A DNA stretch of 64,000 nucleotides from Lama guanicoe (lineage: Eukaryota). This document shows, piece after piece, positions 1 through 12,490 of this stretch (positions are counted from its first letter, which is position 1; each line of letters opens with the position of its first letter). The notes under the pieces are model-generated. The model was not told the origin of the DNA, made no database searches, and was given only the letters and a program-made list of their open reading frames with translations. Both the position numbers and the translations under genes were made by a program. Location of the stretch: positions 5,849,824-5,913,823 of the forward strand of contig MU054391.1 in the NCBI GenBank assembly GCA_013239625.1, given 5' to 3'.

Positions 1-3000
1 TGTCACATTAACCCGCCTTCTCCTGGGTCCTTCCCGGAGAGTCCACCTCACATGGCTTTCTGAGCCTGTCCTTTCAAACAGTTTTGCTCCGTGTGAGCTC
101 CCCCGGGGACCTTCGCTCCAACCAGACATCATTAGTCGCCCCTGATTTTACCTGGACTCGAGGTCTCAGGTGGTGCGGGGCCTGGGAGTTCAGGTTTCTT
201 TTATATGGCAGATGCTCTTCTTGCAAGACTCCAAATCCCTCCAAAATGTAAGTGAACTCTAATTACTCAGGGACTTTTTCTTTAGCTTTTTTTAAAGTGC
301 AGAATATCTCACGAGAAGTTTGGAGTGGAAGTCAGCTTGCCTGCCAAGTCTTCCCCGTGACGCACCCCCCCAATCCCATTCTGTACCCAGAGATGCTAGA
401 ACGTGGTCTGTGTGTGCCTCATGTCACACCTGCACCCAGATCTGCGTATTTCAAACAAACAGTCTACTATTTGGGACAGCAGGTGCCAGATCACCACATC
501 TGCCAAGTGCACTTAAGTTCATCGGGTCCTGCTTGTAGGATGGGACAGGGACAACAGCACGCAGGTGTGTCCTGCGTTCCTCTCTCTCCATTCTCTGTCT
601 GCCTCTGGGACTCTCCTGCTGGCCGTCTGCAGTCTGTGTAGAAACCAAGCTGACGTGTGGGCGGTGTGGGAAGGCAGCGCTGTGGCAACAGGAAGGCTGA
701 TGACTGGATCCTTGTGTTTTCTTCAGGGAAACGCCCCAGGTAGATGTGAGAAGATTTCGAGTCAGTGCTGTGCTCTTCCCACACCCCTTTTCTCGCCGCC
801 CCCGCCTTCCAGTTCTTTCTCCCCCGCTGATGGTCGTTTGGTAGTCTGAGGAAGCGCACACATTCTAGGCGCACACCTGAGGGCTGGTAGCTCCTGCCGG
901 TGTTATTCTGTAGTGGGTTTTTTTTTTAATCACCTCCCATTGTCAGAAGAGTTGGGAAGTGTGACTTTCCTCGGATTATCCGACGCATCAGTGGTGGAAC
1001 TGGCTTCTGCTTCTGAGTTTATGACTCAGTCTCTGATACCTTCCGGGGCATAATTAACTAGGCCTGCGCGCGTGGAGTAAGTCGGGAAATGACAAAGCTC
1101 GTGCAGAACCAAGATAATCGGGGTTTGTTTGCTTTGGAGTTTTTTCTTCCTTTTTTTTTTGGTTGAGGGGGAAGGAATATTGATTAAGATTAAATGTCTG
1201 CTGTATAATGCTCAATGAACGTTCCTGTCCAATTAGACTTTAGAATTGGGCTTTGATTTCTTCCTTTAAACTTTCCCACCCTGTTGGTTTCAGCTGACAT
1301 AACTTCATATAAACATACTGTGAAAATGGTGGTTTTATTCTCTTTAATTAGTGCTGTTGGGTTTGGGGTGAGAATAAACTCTTACTGACTTCATACTGTA
1401 ATTTCATTTGTCAGGAGGTTTCTAAGAAAAGCTACTTAGAAATAATTTAGAGTGATCTTTCTGACTGATGTGGAAGAGTTAAATTAAAATTACTTCGAGA
1501 GTTTCTACTGGCAATTTAGTAGATCAGTTACATTGTAGGAATGAGATTATGAATATTGTGTCTTTATTCGACTGCGTTGAATTTTAATATAATGTGATAA
1601 AGACTCCCAGAGGCCGCCGGGACTGTCCCCATGACGGCTGCTGCTGTCTCTAGCCGGGCCGGGCCATTGGCTGAACCTCACAACTTACATGAAATCAAAT
1701 AGGAACGTGGCATAGACACCCTGTCTGATGTGGAATATAGGGACCTTTAATTTCATGCCTCATGATCACGAAAGAATCTTCTGCTCACAGCCGCTTGGGG
1801 GTCACTTTTCCCCGTTTTCCTACTTCACCAGTTTTTCCATGAGGTACTTCAAGCCTTCTGTGCTTCCTTGTGTCACTGTGGTTTCAAGAGCATTGAATCT
1901 GGAGCAGGAGGCGTGGGCCCTGGCTTTGCCACTGTCATCTGTTCACTGTGTCTCTTGCTGTCTGTATCTTCGGAGCCTGAGCCTCAACCACAGTTGGACA
2001 CTGTCCCTCTTGAGTCAGAGGTGCTGAGTAGCCTGATTCTCACCATGTGATGCTCGTGTCAAAGGGGAATGTTTCAAGGGAGCACAAGGATTAGTGCATT
2101 CTGGGGATATCCAGTGCTTTTCAGTGTTCAGCTTTCTGAAGCGTCTTCTGTAGTTAAATCATCCCTCCCCACCCCTTTTCTTCTGTTAGCTCTTTTTTCT
2201 TGCTTATATTTGCCGGGCAGTTAGAACTCACTTGAACTGTCTAGCTGTGCTCCCTGATGCACACGTGGCCGTGTGTGGTGCTAACACAGGTAGCCAGGCG
2301 TGCTCTCAGCTCTGTGTGCTGACACTTTTCCAAAAGTCTGTTGTATATAATCTGACTTAAAAGAGTAAGACATCCCTCTCCTGCGAAGCATTTTTTTCTG
2401 TCCTCATTGATCAGTTTAACTCATTTCTAAACCTTCCAGGGAATTCTGTGCCAGGCAGTTAACCTATTGCTGCTGTGAGGAAGGTGGGGCTTGAAGTCAC
2501 GCTGCAGGGAGTTGACTTGCTCAGCTGTACGTGCATCTGTTCGGCAAATTGTTCACTATGCTCCTCTCTGCGAGCACGCAAGGGAGTAAAAAGTGATTCG
2601 GACTGAAAGCCTGACCTCAAAAGGGACTCCACTCTCTCTGTGCATCATGGCTCACTAAGTGGATTCATCTCTGCCCTAGAACTTAGCCTGTCTCTCCCTC
2701 TCCACACATCAGTGAGCCTTTATATACCATAATCTTTCCCGAATTAATGAAGGGGGTATATATAGTCCATTTTATTATTCATTCAACAGGTTCAATGTCC
2801 GGTATATGTAGAAAGCTGCCTGGCATTCTGGGTTCTGCCAAGATGTCCTAGGTGTTCAGATCTGCTATAACCTGTGACCTTGGGCAATAAGTTACGGAAC
2901 CTCTACGCGTCACCCATGAGATGGGGTCAGAACAGAACCAATTTCCGAGGTGACTTTGAGGGCCAGAGAGTCAGAGTAAGTCACATATCACAGCAGCAGT

Positions 3001-6000
3001 TATTTGGTTGCAGTTTAGGAATTTGGGGTCATTCATTCAGGGAACGTGTATTTCTTGTTAGCCGGGCACTTCCGGGATGTTCCGGGAGTGTAAAGGTAAG
3101 TAGGCCGTGGCCCAGTTCTCAGGAAATTCAGGATTTAGTGGTAGAGGTCACCACTCTAGTATGTACAGTGGCAGAAGTAAACACAAAGGAATAGGACCGA
3201 CCTTAGAATAAGAAGACCAGAGACGATTCCTCGAGGCGACACGTGAGTGAGTCCTACAGCATGGTAAGAACTCGCCAAGCATTCAGAGCCCAGGATGAGC
3301 CCATAAACTGGGTACGTGTGAGTGCAGAGCTCAGTTTGGAGCTTGACCTCTGAGGCAAGCAGCGGTGTGGGGGCGGGAGGCCGGAGGGAGGGGCCGGATC
3401 CTGAGGGCCTGGCATGCCCTGGCGAGGACCTTGGGCATCAGTCACCCTGGAAACAAGCTTGTCTCCAACCTTTGGGGTCTGTGGACCAAGAGTTTTGGGG
3501 TTAGAGTTTCTTTGAGATTTTTAATATTGTTTCTGATTCAGTGAGAAGGCTTTTTAAAACCATCCGTATATTTTGGATGCCAGTTGCTGCCAGGAGGTGT
3601 CCATGCTGGTGTTTGTGCTCAGGGTTTAGGTTTGAGCCAGATAAAGGCCAGATGTGTTCTCGGGGTGCTGTGTGATCAGACGTTACGCAGCTGTTTGAAT
3701 AGAATAGTATGAATGAATTGACTAGAACAGAGTAGAAATAGAGCAGTATTTCTCAAACTAGGGTCTGGATATGATTTTAGAGGTTAAGCGGCTTTTTCTC
3801 TCTTTTAAAAAGGATACCTGTGTTATTCACATTTGAGAGATACTGCCGTGGGTGGTGGAAGGTGCAGCTGGAGAGGTGGATTGCATCACACCCAGCATTT
3901 GAATGCTGAGGAATTTGGTCTGTTGCGTAGACAGTGGTGAGCAGTTGAAAATTATTGAGTAAGAATAAATGATTAAGATCCTGCAGTGATACTAGTGTTT
4001 GGTGATTGCCTAATGTCAGGGAAGCAGTCTTTTTTCATTTTGTCACCTGAGTTGTAGCCATTTTATTGTTTAGTGGGCCCTCTCCTAGAATGGAAGAAAG
4101 AAAGTTTGTGTATATTTATATTAGTTTTTTTTTATCAAGTGTTATTTGTTGGGGGCACTGCGTTGTGTATTTAAACTTTTGTGAGGACTTGAAACTTGTT
4201 AAATTAAGATTTGCAGATAATAGCTTTATATCCCTGTGGCTTTTCTCTCTCATTAATTCATGTCTCTCAAGTATCATGTATTGAGAGAAATACAAAAAAC
4301 ATACTGAGCACTGGAAGAATTTCAAAAATAGATAACACATAATAATCCCTGCCACCGAGGGAATCAGCACTTACAGTACCAGTGCGACAGCGGACAAAGT
4401 GCCTGCAGAGGTGGCATCTCTTCCTTTCCCGCCCTTGGTGACTGGGCCCTGGAGACAAGGCTCTTGATTTGACAGAGAAGCAGGACTGGGGGGAGCTGCT
4501 TCGCACAACTTGAGAAATGGGGCTGTAGCTGTTCTTGGGTGGTTAGGGCACGCTTCTCAGAGAAGTTCTATCAGTTGTTACTAGGTCTTTATCCGTAAGA
4601 GAGACATCAGTAGAGGACGGAATAAAGGCTGTTTTAAAATTTAAAATGATAAATATCCTCCACTGTAAAAGTTCCTGTAAAGGAGGTGCGCGTCTGGAAC
4701 GAGGCTTTGGAGCTGGAATCTGGAGGGCCTCCAGACTCTGGAGAGCCACTGCTGGTTGTTCATGATTTTTCTGACCTCTTTCGTCCTTGTCACTGCGGTG
4801 AGGTCATGCTGCTGGGCTCCTGTGACCTCTCACTTACTCTCATGAGCACTACACTTTGCCACTCTGTTGTTGTGCAAAAATCAGAGCTCTGACAAAGAAG
4901 GCTTTGGCCAGACTGTCACAGGACTGATTCGTCATGTTCTTAGTGAATCGAAAGTTTCACATTTTGAAACTTTTTATTCCATTCATTGAGAAAACCATAT
5001 TATGAAAGCTAAATGATTTTCACCATTGTAGCAGCAATGTTATAATAATATTATAACATGTAAAATTCCACCTAAATCTGTCAGTGGGGAAAATATTAAG
5101 ATTACATTACTTGGATGTCAGGTTCTTTTCTTGTACATGAGTAATAATATAGAATAAGTGTTACTATTGTAGAATTTTGAAAAGGAACAGACGTTTTGTT
5201 CATGAAAAGTATCCTAGAATAGTGTACGTAAGTTAGTCATTTTCATCACTTAGCTTCTGACTCAACTGCTTATAATCTTTGTAACTTCTGCCTGATGAAT
5301 TCCAAGTGCTTTGTTAACTCTTTCTGTGAACTAGGGGGGTGAACGGTATGTCTATCATTTCTCCCCGTTAGTGAAATTCACTGGTTAAAACTCACTTACC
5401 TGACGTTAGAGCCAGTGAGTGTTACTGGAACTATGCCTTGGTTTGTGGTATTGATGGTGAAGCCCCAGAAGAGGTGAGTTGGGTGTTCATGCTTTTCACT
5501 CTGCCAGCTGGGAAGTGAACTGCTGACGGCAACCTGTGTTTTGGGTTTACTGGTTCCTTACTTTCTCCCCCTTTTTACCCTTCGAGGAGGAACAGTGGAC
5601 CCAGCAGCTGTGTGAACAGTACTGTGCGGCTGCCCCAGTGCTTCCTAGGAAAAGCATCATAAATTAGTTCAGGATTTGATTTCTTGCTGGTTCTGTGCTT
5701 GTGTGCATTTGGAATAAGAAAAGCTATGCAAGTTGATCCTTTGATAATGTAAATCTTAATTTTGTTGTTTTCTTCTCGTTTTCAAACTGAGGTTTGAAAA
5801 CAGAATTAAATCAGATTCTGAGTGCCTGAATTCTCAGCCAAGAATGAGGAACTGTTTCGGAAAAACAGGCTGGGCATTTAAAGAGGACTCCTGCCAAGCA
5901 TCTTCCGCCTGCTTAGCAGTTTATTCTTGTGCTTAGTTTTTTCCTCTCTAGTGATTTTGGGTGGGAGCATTAGTTGCTCATCTTTTGAGATTTATGTTCC

Positions 6001-6608
6001 AGTTATTTGAATAAAATCAGACTCTTCCTCCAAATCAGTGGCAAGGAAGGATGAAAACAGCGAAAAGCTCATTGTTTGAGTTCATTGTAGAGAAGGAAGG
6101 TGGTGTATCATTCAGCCTTCTCTCTGACTCCAGAAGGAACAGTTTTTAAGTGTGTGTATTTTATAGAGGAGGAGTTGGGTGTGTAATAATCCATCTTTCT
6201 TTTTACCTCTTTCCTGCCCTCTGTGGGCGATATTGGAGTTTTTCTGTAATCCCATTAAATGCACAGTGAGAATGGTATGAACATCTGTTTTATCCAGATG
6301 TGGATGAGTGACTTGGCCTGTAGAAGCCATTCCAAGGGTTAACTCTGGGAGTAACAGAACACACTCATTATGTTGCTACCCCAGGACCCAAGGCGGAGCA
6401 CTTAGCATAGTCTCCTCCGTGAGCGTGGGATGCAGCAATGAAGAGTGTGGTTCTATTAGTGAATGATGCATCAGTGAGACATCTGCGCTGGGCATCTTCT
6501 CAGGAGATCACGTATGTGGGAAGTGGAAATAGTGAATTACAAAGAGGGCAGCAGTGCTTCCTCACTATTGACCACATTGCACAGCAACTTAGAAAACGGT
6601 GTAGGTCG

Positions 6609-6830
6609 CAGGTCAGCAAACTGCAGCTCTCAGGCCCCCGCCAGCCAGGTGCCTGCGGATGTAAATAAAGTTTTAAGGTTTTTTCAAGATACCACCCCAC
6701 CCATCCATTCCTGTATAGCCTGTGTCTGCTTTTGCACTGTTCCGGCAGAGTGGGGTAGTCTAGTCACATGTGGCCCACAAAGGCTAAAATACTTTCAGGC
6801 CCTTTTGCAGAAAAAGTTAGCCCCCTCCTG
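6609..6830 (+). mobile_element. MER58A-like hAT-Charlie DNA transposon relic
   Basis: caggtcagcaaact...gtaaataaagtttt...tggcccacaaaggctaaaata...gaaaaagttagccccctcctg follows the recalled MER58A consensus. Confidence 0.75.
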
Positions 6831-7456
6831 GTTTAGAGAAGTACATGAAAGCTATTTTATGTGTCTACATTGTACTTCCTCTTGGTCATATTTATTCACT
6901 ATTCCCTCTGCATTTCCCTTCTTTTGTTAAAAGCTTGCATGTTGAGCGCGTGCTGGGTACCAGGCCCCAGGAACAGAGAGGGCAGGGCTGGCTGTCTCAG
7001 TCTTCTGTGGGGTGACACCACCAGTCAGCCTCACACCCTCACCCGAACACAAGTCAGCCCCCGTGAAAATCAAACATCTCATGAAGAGTAACTTACAGAA
7101 GTAAAGTTTGATAAGTTTATAAAAAGGTTTTTTCTGGGCACTGTCTTTTGAACTAGGAGTTCTTGAGGATTTACACGACCTTGTTGAATAGGAGGGTTGA
7201 GCAGATGCTTCGGTCCTTACCTTTCCATTGATTAAGTGAATATTCTCCTTATTTGGTAGGGCTGTACCTCTATAAAAATGTTTTTAATTAAAAAAACCTG
7301 ATGGGACACACATAAATACATGTGAGCGGATCTGAGCTCTTTAAAGAAAGGAAACTATATATTGGGACTTGTAATAATCTCAGAGTTTTGGAGCCAAAAG
7401 AGACCTTTTGTGGATCAAAAGGATAGAAGTGTAACCACTTGACAGCAGTGGCTTTT

Positions 7457-7743
7457 TTTTTTCTTTTTTCTTTTTTTACATTTTTTATTGATTTATAATC
7501 ATTTTACAATGTTGTGTCAAATTCCAGTGTTCAGCACAATTTTTCAGTCATTCATGGACATATACACACTCATTGTCACATTTTTTCTCTGTGATTTATC
7601 ATAACATTTTGTGTATATTTCCCTGTGCTATACAGTGTAATCTTGTTTATCTATTCTACAGTTTTGAAATCCCAGTCTATCCCTTCCCACCCTCTACCCC
7701 CCTGGTAACCACAAGTCTGTATTCTCTGTCCATGAGTCTATTT
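7457..7743 (-). mobile_element. Young 5'-truncated LINE-1 3' end (camelid-type, by recall) with target-site duplication
   Basis: Poly(T) tail on +; AATAAA on - (tttatt 7484-7489); exact direct repeat CTTGACAGCAGTGGCTTTT at 7438-7456 and 7744-7762. Confidence 0.85.
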
Positions 7744-7804
7744 CTTGACAGCAGTGGCTTTTATCCTGACTGAGCTCAGAATGACCTGGGAGGACCTAAA
7801 ACAG

Positions 7805-7970
7805 CCCTAGTGTCTGAAACCCACCCCAGGCCAATGGGAGCAGAAACTAGGTGTGGCCTCGTGGTCCCTGGGAAGTGCCGTTGTCGCTGGGGGTTCCTGC
7901 TGGGTCAGGGGTGTGAAGCACTCGAGTTCCCAGGCAGTGCTGATGCTCTGGTCACACTTTGAGAACCACC
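7805..7970. mobile_element. MER5-like hAT relic
   Basis: Ends in ...ggtcacactttgagaaccac, typical of a MER5 terminus. Confidence 0.45.
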
Positions 7971-10792
7971 ACTTCATAAGATTCTTGATTTTATACAAGT
8001 ATGAAATTGGTGTGGTTACTTCACGTGGCAGCCTAATGTGGTACTCTGAAAAGAATACGCTTTGTGAAAAGTTGGTTACCCAGAATTATTGTCACGAGTC
8101 AGTACAGAGTAGAGATGAAGGATTCATCATCTTTCAGTGTAAGTATAATCATAGGACCCTGCAGTTAGGAGTCGCCTAAAAGACCTTGCATTTGACAGAT
8201 GGGGACCCTTGCCCACCATCACAGCACTAATTCGTGGTGGAGCGGGGACCAAAACTTAGATGTTTTGGTTTTCAGACCAAAGCCTTTCCTGCTGACCACA
8301 TTACCTCTTGCTGGAACGTACGTAAGGCATCATACCTCCTTGCAAGCCTCTGGTTGACGCTTAAACATGGCGTGCGTGTCCCCCTCAGTGCCAGCTTGTC
8401 CTCATGACCGTCCTGCTGGTTCTTGTGCCGCCCCCATTTCCTCTTGCAGGTCTTCAGCCCCTGTCCTTGTGCCTCACGTCCTGGACTAGATGTGGCACAT
8501 CTTGATCACTGTTTCTTGGTATATTTGCATGTGCATCTAGACAAGGTGGCCTGTTTTAATGCTGAGTTAGGAATGCTGTAAACTTTCTTTGATTCATTTA
8601 GAAAACTCCCAAATTTGGAAAGAGCAGAAATAAAAAACAGAAGAAGAATGTGTATAGGAAAGCAATAGCAAGTAATCTGGAGTCACACTGAGGGTCATGT
8701 CGCTGTGACAGCTCCGCGTTTACGCTGATCTCGGGATTTGGCTCCTGCTTCTTTCTGCTTTGAATAGAAACTTGACACTGGGAGGCAAGGGGAGGTTAGG
8801 TTTTAGGTTGGATTACCTTAAAATCCTCTTTTAAAGGGAATATCACTTTGGGTCAGAGACTTACTGGAATTGTTGAGGGTAAAGTGTAGCTTTCCCAGGC
8901 GGCTGTTTTTGAGTCAGGAGTTGAGCCATGTGGCCTAGGATGATAGAGAAAAGTTTAGATTTTCCATTTAGTTGTAAAATTAAAAATGTGCGGCTGTGAT
9001 TACTTTATTGCTTGGGTGTTTGCTTGGGTCTTTCTGTCTGTCTTTCCCTCTGTTTTTCTGTCTGCCTTTATTTGTCTTTTTTTCATGTATTGTATAGACT
9101 ACCTCTTTAACTTGGATTTATGGATTGTATGTGAAATGTTTCTTAAAAATATGTAGGAAAAGATATAAAGTCAAAGCATTGAGTTTCTGTAATAGATTTG
9201 AGATTCATACATGTCAATTTTGGACTACATATCTAGATTTAGGTGTTTCAAAAATTAAAGCAATTTGCTTATTTACTGAAATTGAGTTACATGGAAAGAA
9301 AAATCGTAGGCAAGATAAGGCAATCCTAGACCAGGAACTGTGCTGAGTGTTAAGAAAGGTGCCAAGTAGAGAAAATGGACACAGCGTACTGAGTATTTAC
9401 AGTCAGACATAAAACACTCATGTGGACATGGCAGACCATTCCTGGCAGGGAAGAAAAGCCAGGCGAGTAGTCTAGGATAGAAAGGCGATTTGGGGGAGAG
9501 AGGTGGCAGGGTGTAAAGGGGAAGGTCCTAGGTAAGAGTCCCAGCTCTTTGCTTTCTACCCTGTGGACAGTTTAAAAAAAAATCTCTCCAGGCCTCACCT
9601 GTAAACAAAGGCTAACACTCCACATTGTGGTGACTTTGAAATGAGGTTGTGTGTATACGGCAGGAGCGCAGTGTGGGTCCCAAGACACAGGGGCTCACTG
9701 CCAGCGGCTCCCTGTCTCATTGTGGGTGAGTGGGGCACCCAGTGGAGCGGCGCCCTGAGTTGGACCTTCAGGTTTAGAGCAGAAAGGAGCTGGGAGGCAA
9801 CCGGACTGGGGAGGAGGGGGAACAGGAGGGAAGAGGGGGAGGGATGAGGACACAGTGATGAGGCAGGGACGGCATCCCAGGGACAGTGAGCGGGCCAGTG
9901 AGGGGACTGGGTGAGACGACTTGTAAATCTGTTTATTTGGACAAGTTCTCTTTGTCTTTTCAGGATGTTTTTGGTCTCTTCCTACTTGTAAACAGTGCCT
10001 ACACTGGAGCAGGGGTAAAAACCCTGGCTCAGCGTTCTGCATACTCTGCAGAGCTTCTTTGTCCTGGTGGCTGTGGTTTTTCCTCCTTCCCCTCTCTTCC
10101 CACCCCCTTCTCGCTTATCTCACCTTCTTACAGTGTCTGCTCCCTCTCTAGGCCTTGCTTCAGCCAGTGGCACCCCACACGACTGTGGTAGATCTGTTCT
10201 TGGTTGTTAGGGCTACAGGGCTGTCCACTCACAGACTGGAAGGAGTCTTGGAGCAAGTTCTGGAGCAAGGGTCTTGGGTCTTTGAAATGTGTTCTGTTTT
10301 AAAGACTGTAATTCCAGTAACACCCACTATGTGGTGCTCATGCATCAGAAATAGATTCTAAGACTAAACGCATTGAAGCTCAAAACCTTTGTGACTGTAG
10401 GTGGACAGGTTAAAATTCAGAATCACAGATATAACAGGGAAGTGGGGCATGTTCATTTTCTGTGCAAGATCCACCTGGATCTAAGTAACAGCCTTCATAC
10501 CACTTTAGTAACAGGGCTCCCTGGTTTCATAAAGTCCAGAATATTAGACATAGGTACCCCGGGTTACCCGGGAGGTGGTAACTGCAGGCGGGGTTCCAGA
10601 GTTTATAAGCTGTAAAACAGCTGCAGAGAGAACCCGTGCCACTTGGAACATTTAAAAATGACATGGAGAAATCCACCAGCCTCATCCACTGTGTGGGACT
10701 GAGTCAGTCTTCTGGGAGGGAGCACTGACAGGGCTCAAAGCTGCTGTCTGTTTTTCCTGCCATTCCTGTGACCAAAAGTAGCTCTAAAATAA

Positions 10793-11125
<333 letters not shown>

Positions 11126-12006
11126 TAAAGTGCGTGGGGTGCACTCTTCCTCACAAGAAAAGACCAGCAGTTCATGTGGGCCACACACAGTCACACTGTA
11201 AAGGGGAGAAAAATCATCTTTGGAGTCAAGAAACACTAGAAGGGCAACGAGCACGTGTTGGTGGCATGTCTGATGGGGAGGCCCCTGGGACAGGTGCCAG
11301 CTGTGCCCAGTCCTTGGCGGCCCCTCTGCCTGGGGACCTGCGGGCAGTGGCTGGCTCTCCTTGAGCTCTGGTTCTGAGGACTCTCGGTGGACGAATTGTC
11401 ACCAGCCCACCTCCGTCCAGCCCTTTGGCAGGTTGTCGCCGGCTCACTGAGGCAGAAGACGTGGTTCAGGTTCTTCTGGACGGCAGCAGGCAGGCAGGAA
11501 GAGGCCGTGGGCCCAAGTGATCTGAGTGTCATTTCTTCTCTCTGGTGCGACTCCTTTTTTCCTGGAGAAGAGATGGTCAGTTTTGCCAGGAGCAGAGCCA
11601 GGGGCTCAGCTGCATTAACTCCAGAGAGAAGCTAGTAGGCCCCCTGTGTCTTGGGGGTTGGAGACAGGGCTGTCCCAAGAACTGGTCAGAGTCATCTGTT
11701 GAACTGAGAGTGAAGAAGACTTTGACTTTTCCCACTCAGAAATGTTGGACAGTATGTTTTTGCTAGTCTCCTCTTTTCACCCTGTTAAGACGTCTCTGTT
11801 ACAAAGATTTTGAGAAGGTACTAGGACACTGGGAAGACAGTTGCCATCCAAGGCCCGGTGTCCACCTTGTGCTCTGGGTACCCAGAGCACAGCATCTGGC
11901 CCCAGCTGATGAGCCTGACACGTTCCAGGTGCACAGGGCTCCCTCGGACGCCCAGGTTCATGACATTTATTGAGTACCTGTCATGTGCCTGATACTGTAC
12001 TAGATG

Positions 12007-12490
12007 ATATAGTTTTCTATTGTTGCTGTTAATAAATTACCACAGGCTTAGTGGCTCAAAACAACACCCATCTGTACCGGACGGTTCCATAGGTTACGAG
12101 GCACGAGGGCACGAGGGTTACTGGGCTGAAATCACGGTGTTGGAAGGCTAATTCCTTCCCGGAGTCTCTGAGGGAGAGCGCATTTCCTTGCTTTCTGCCT
12201 TCTCAAGGCTACCCGCATTCCTTGGTGCGTGGCCCCTTCTGTGTTCAAAGCCAGGGGTCTAACAGCACGTCACTTACCCTGCCTCCATCGCCACACCTCG
12301 TCCCCTGGGTCTTCTGCTCTGATGGACCGTTGTGATTCTGTGGGCTCACGCACATGACCCAGGGTACTCTCCGTGTCTTAAAGTCAGCTGAGGAGCAGCC
12401 TCCTTCTCCTTTGCTGTGTACGCGGACATAGTCACAGGTTCTGGGGATCAGGTGTGGACATTGGGGGCGGGTGTTAGTCTGCCCACCACA
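12007..12490 (-). mobile_element. MLT1 (ERVL-MaLR) solo LTR
   Basis: tagttttctattgttgctg...aaattaccacaggcttagtggctcaaaacaacac...ggctgaaatcacggtgttgg...tctgcccaccaca, reverse complement of an MLT1-type LTR. Confidence 0.75.
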
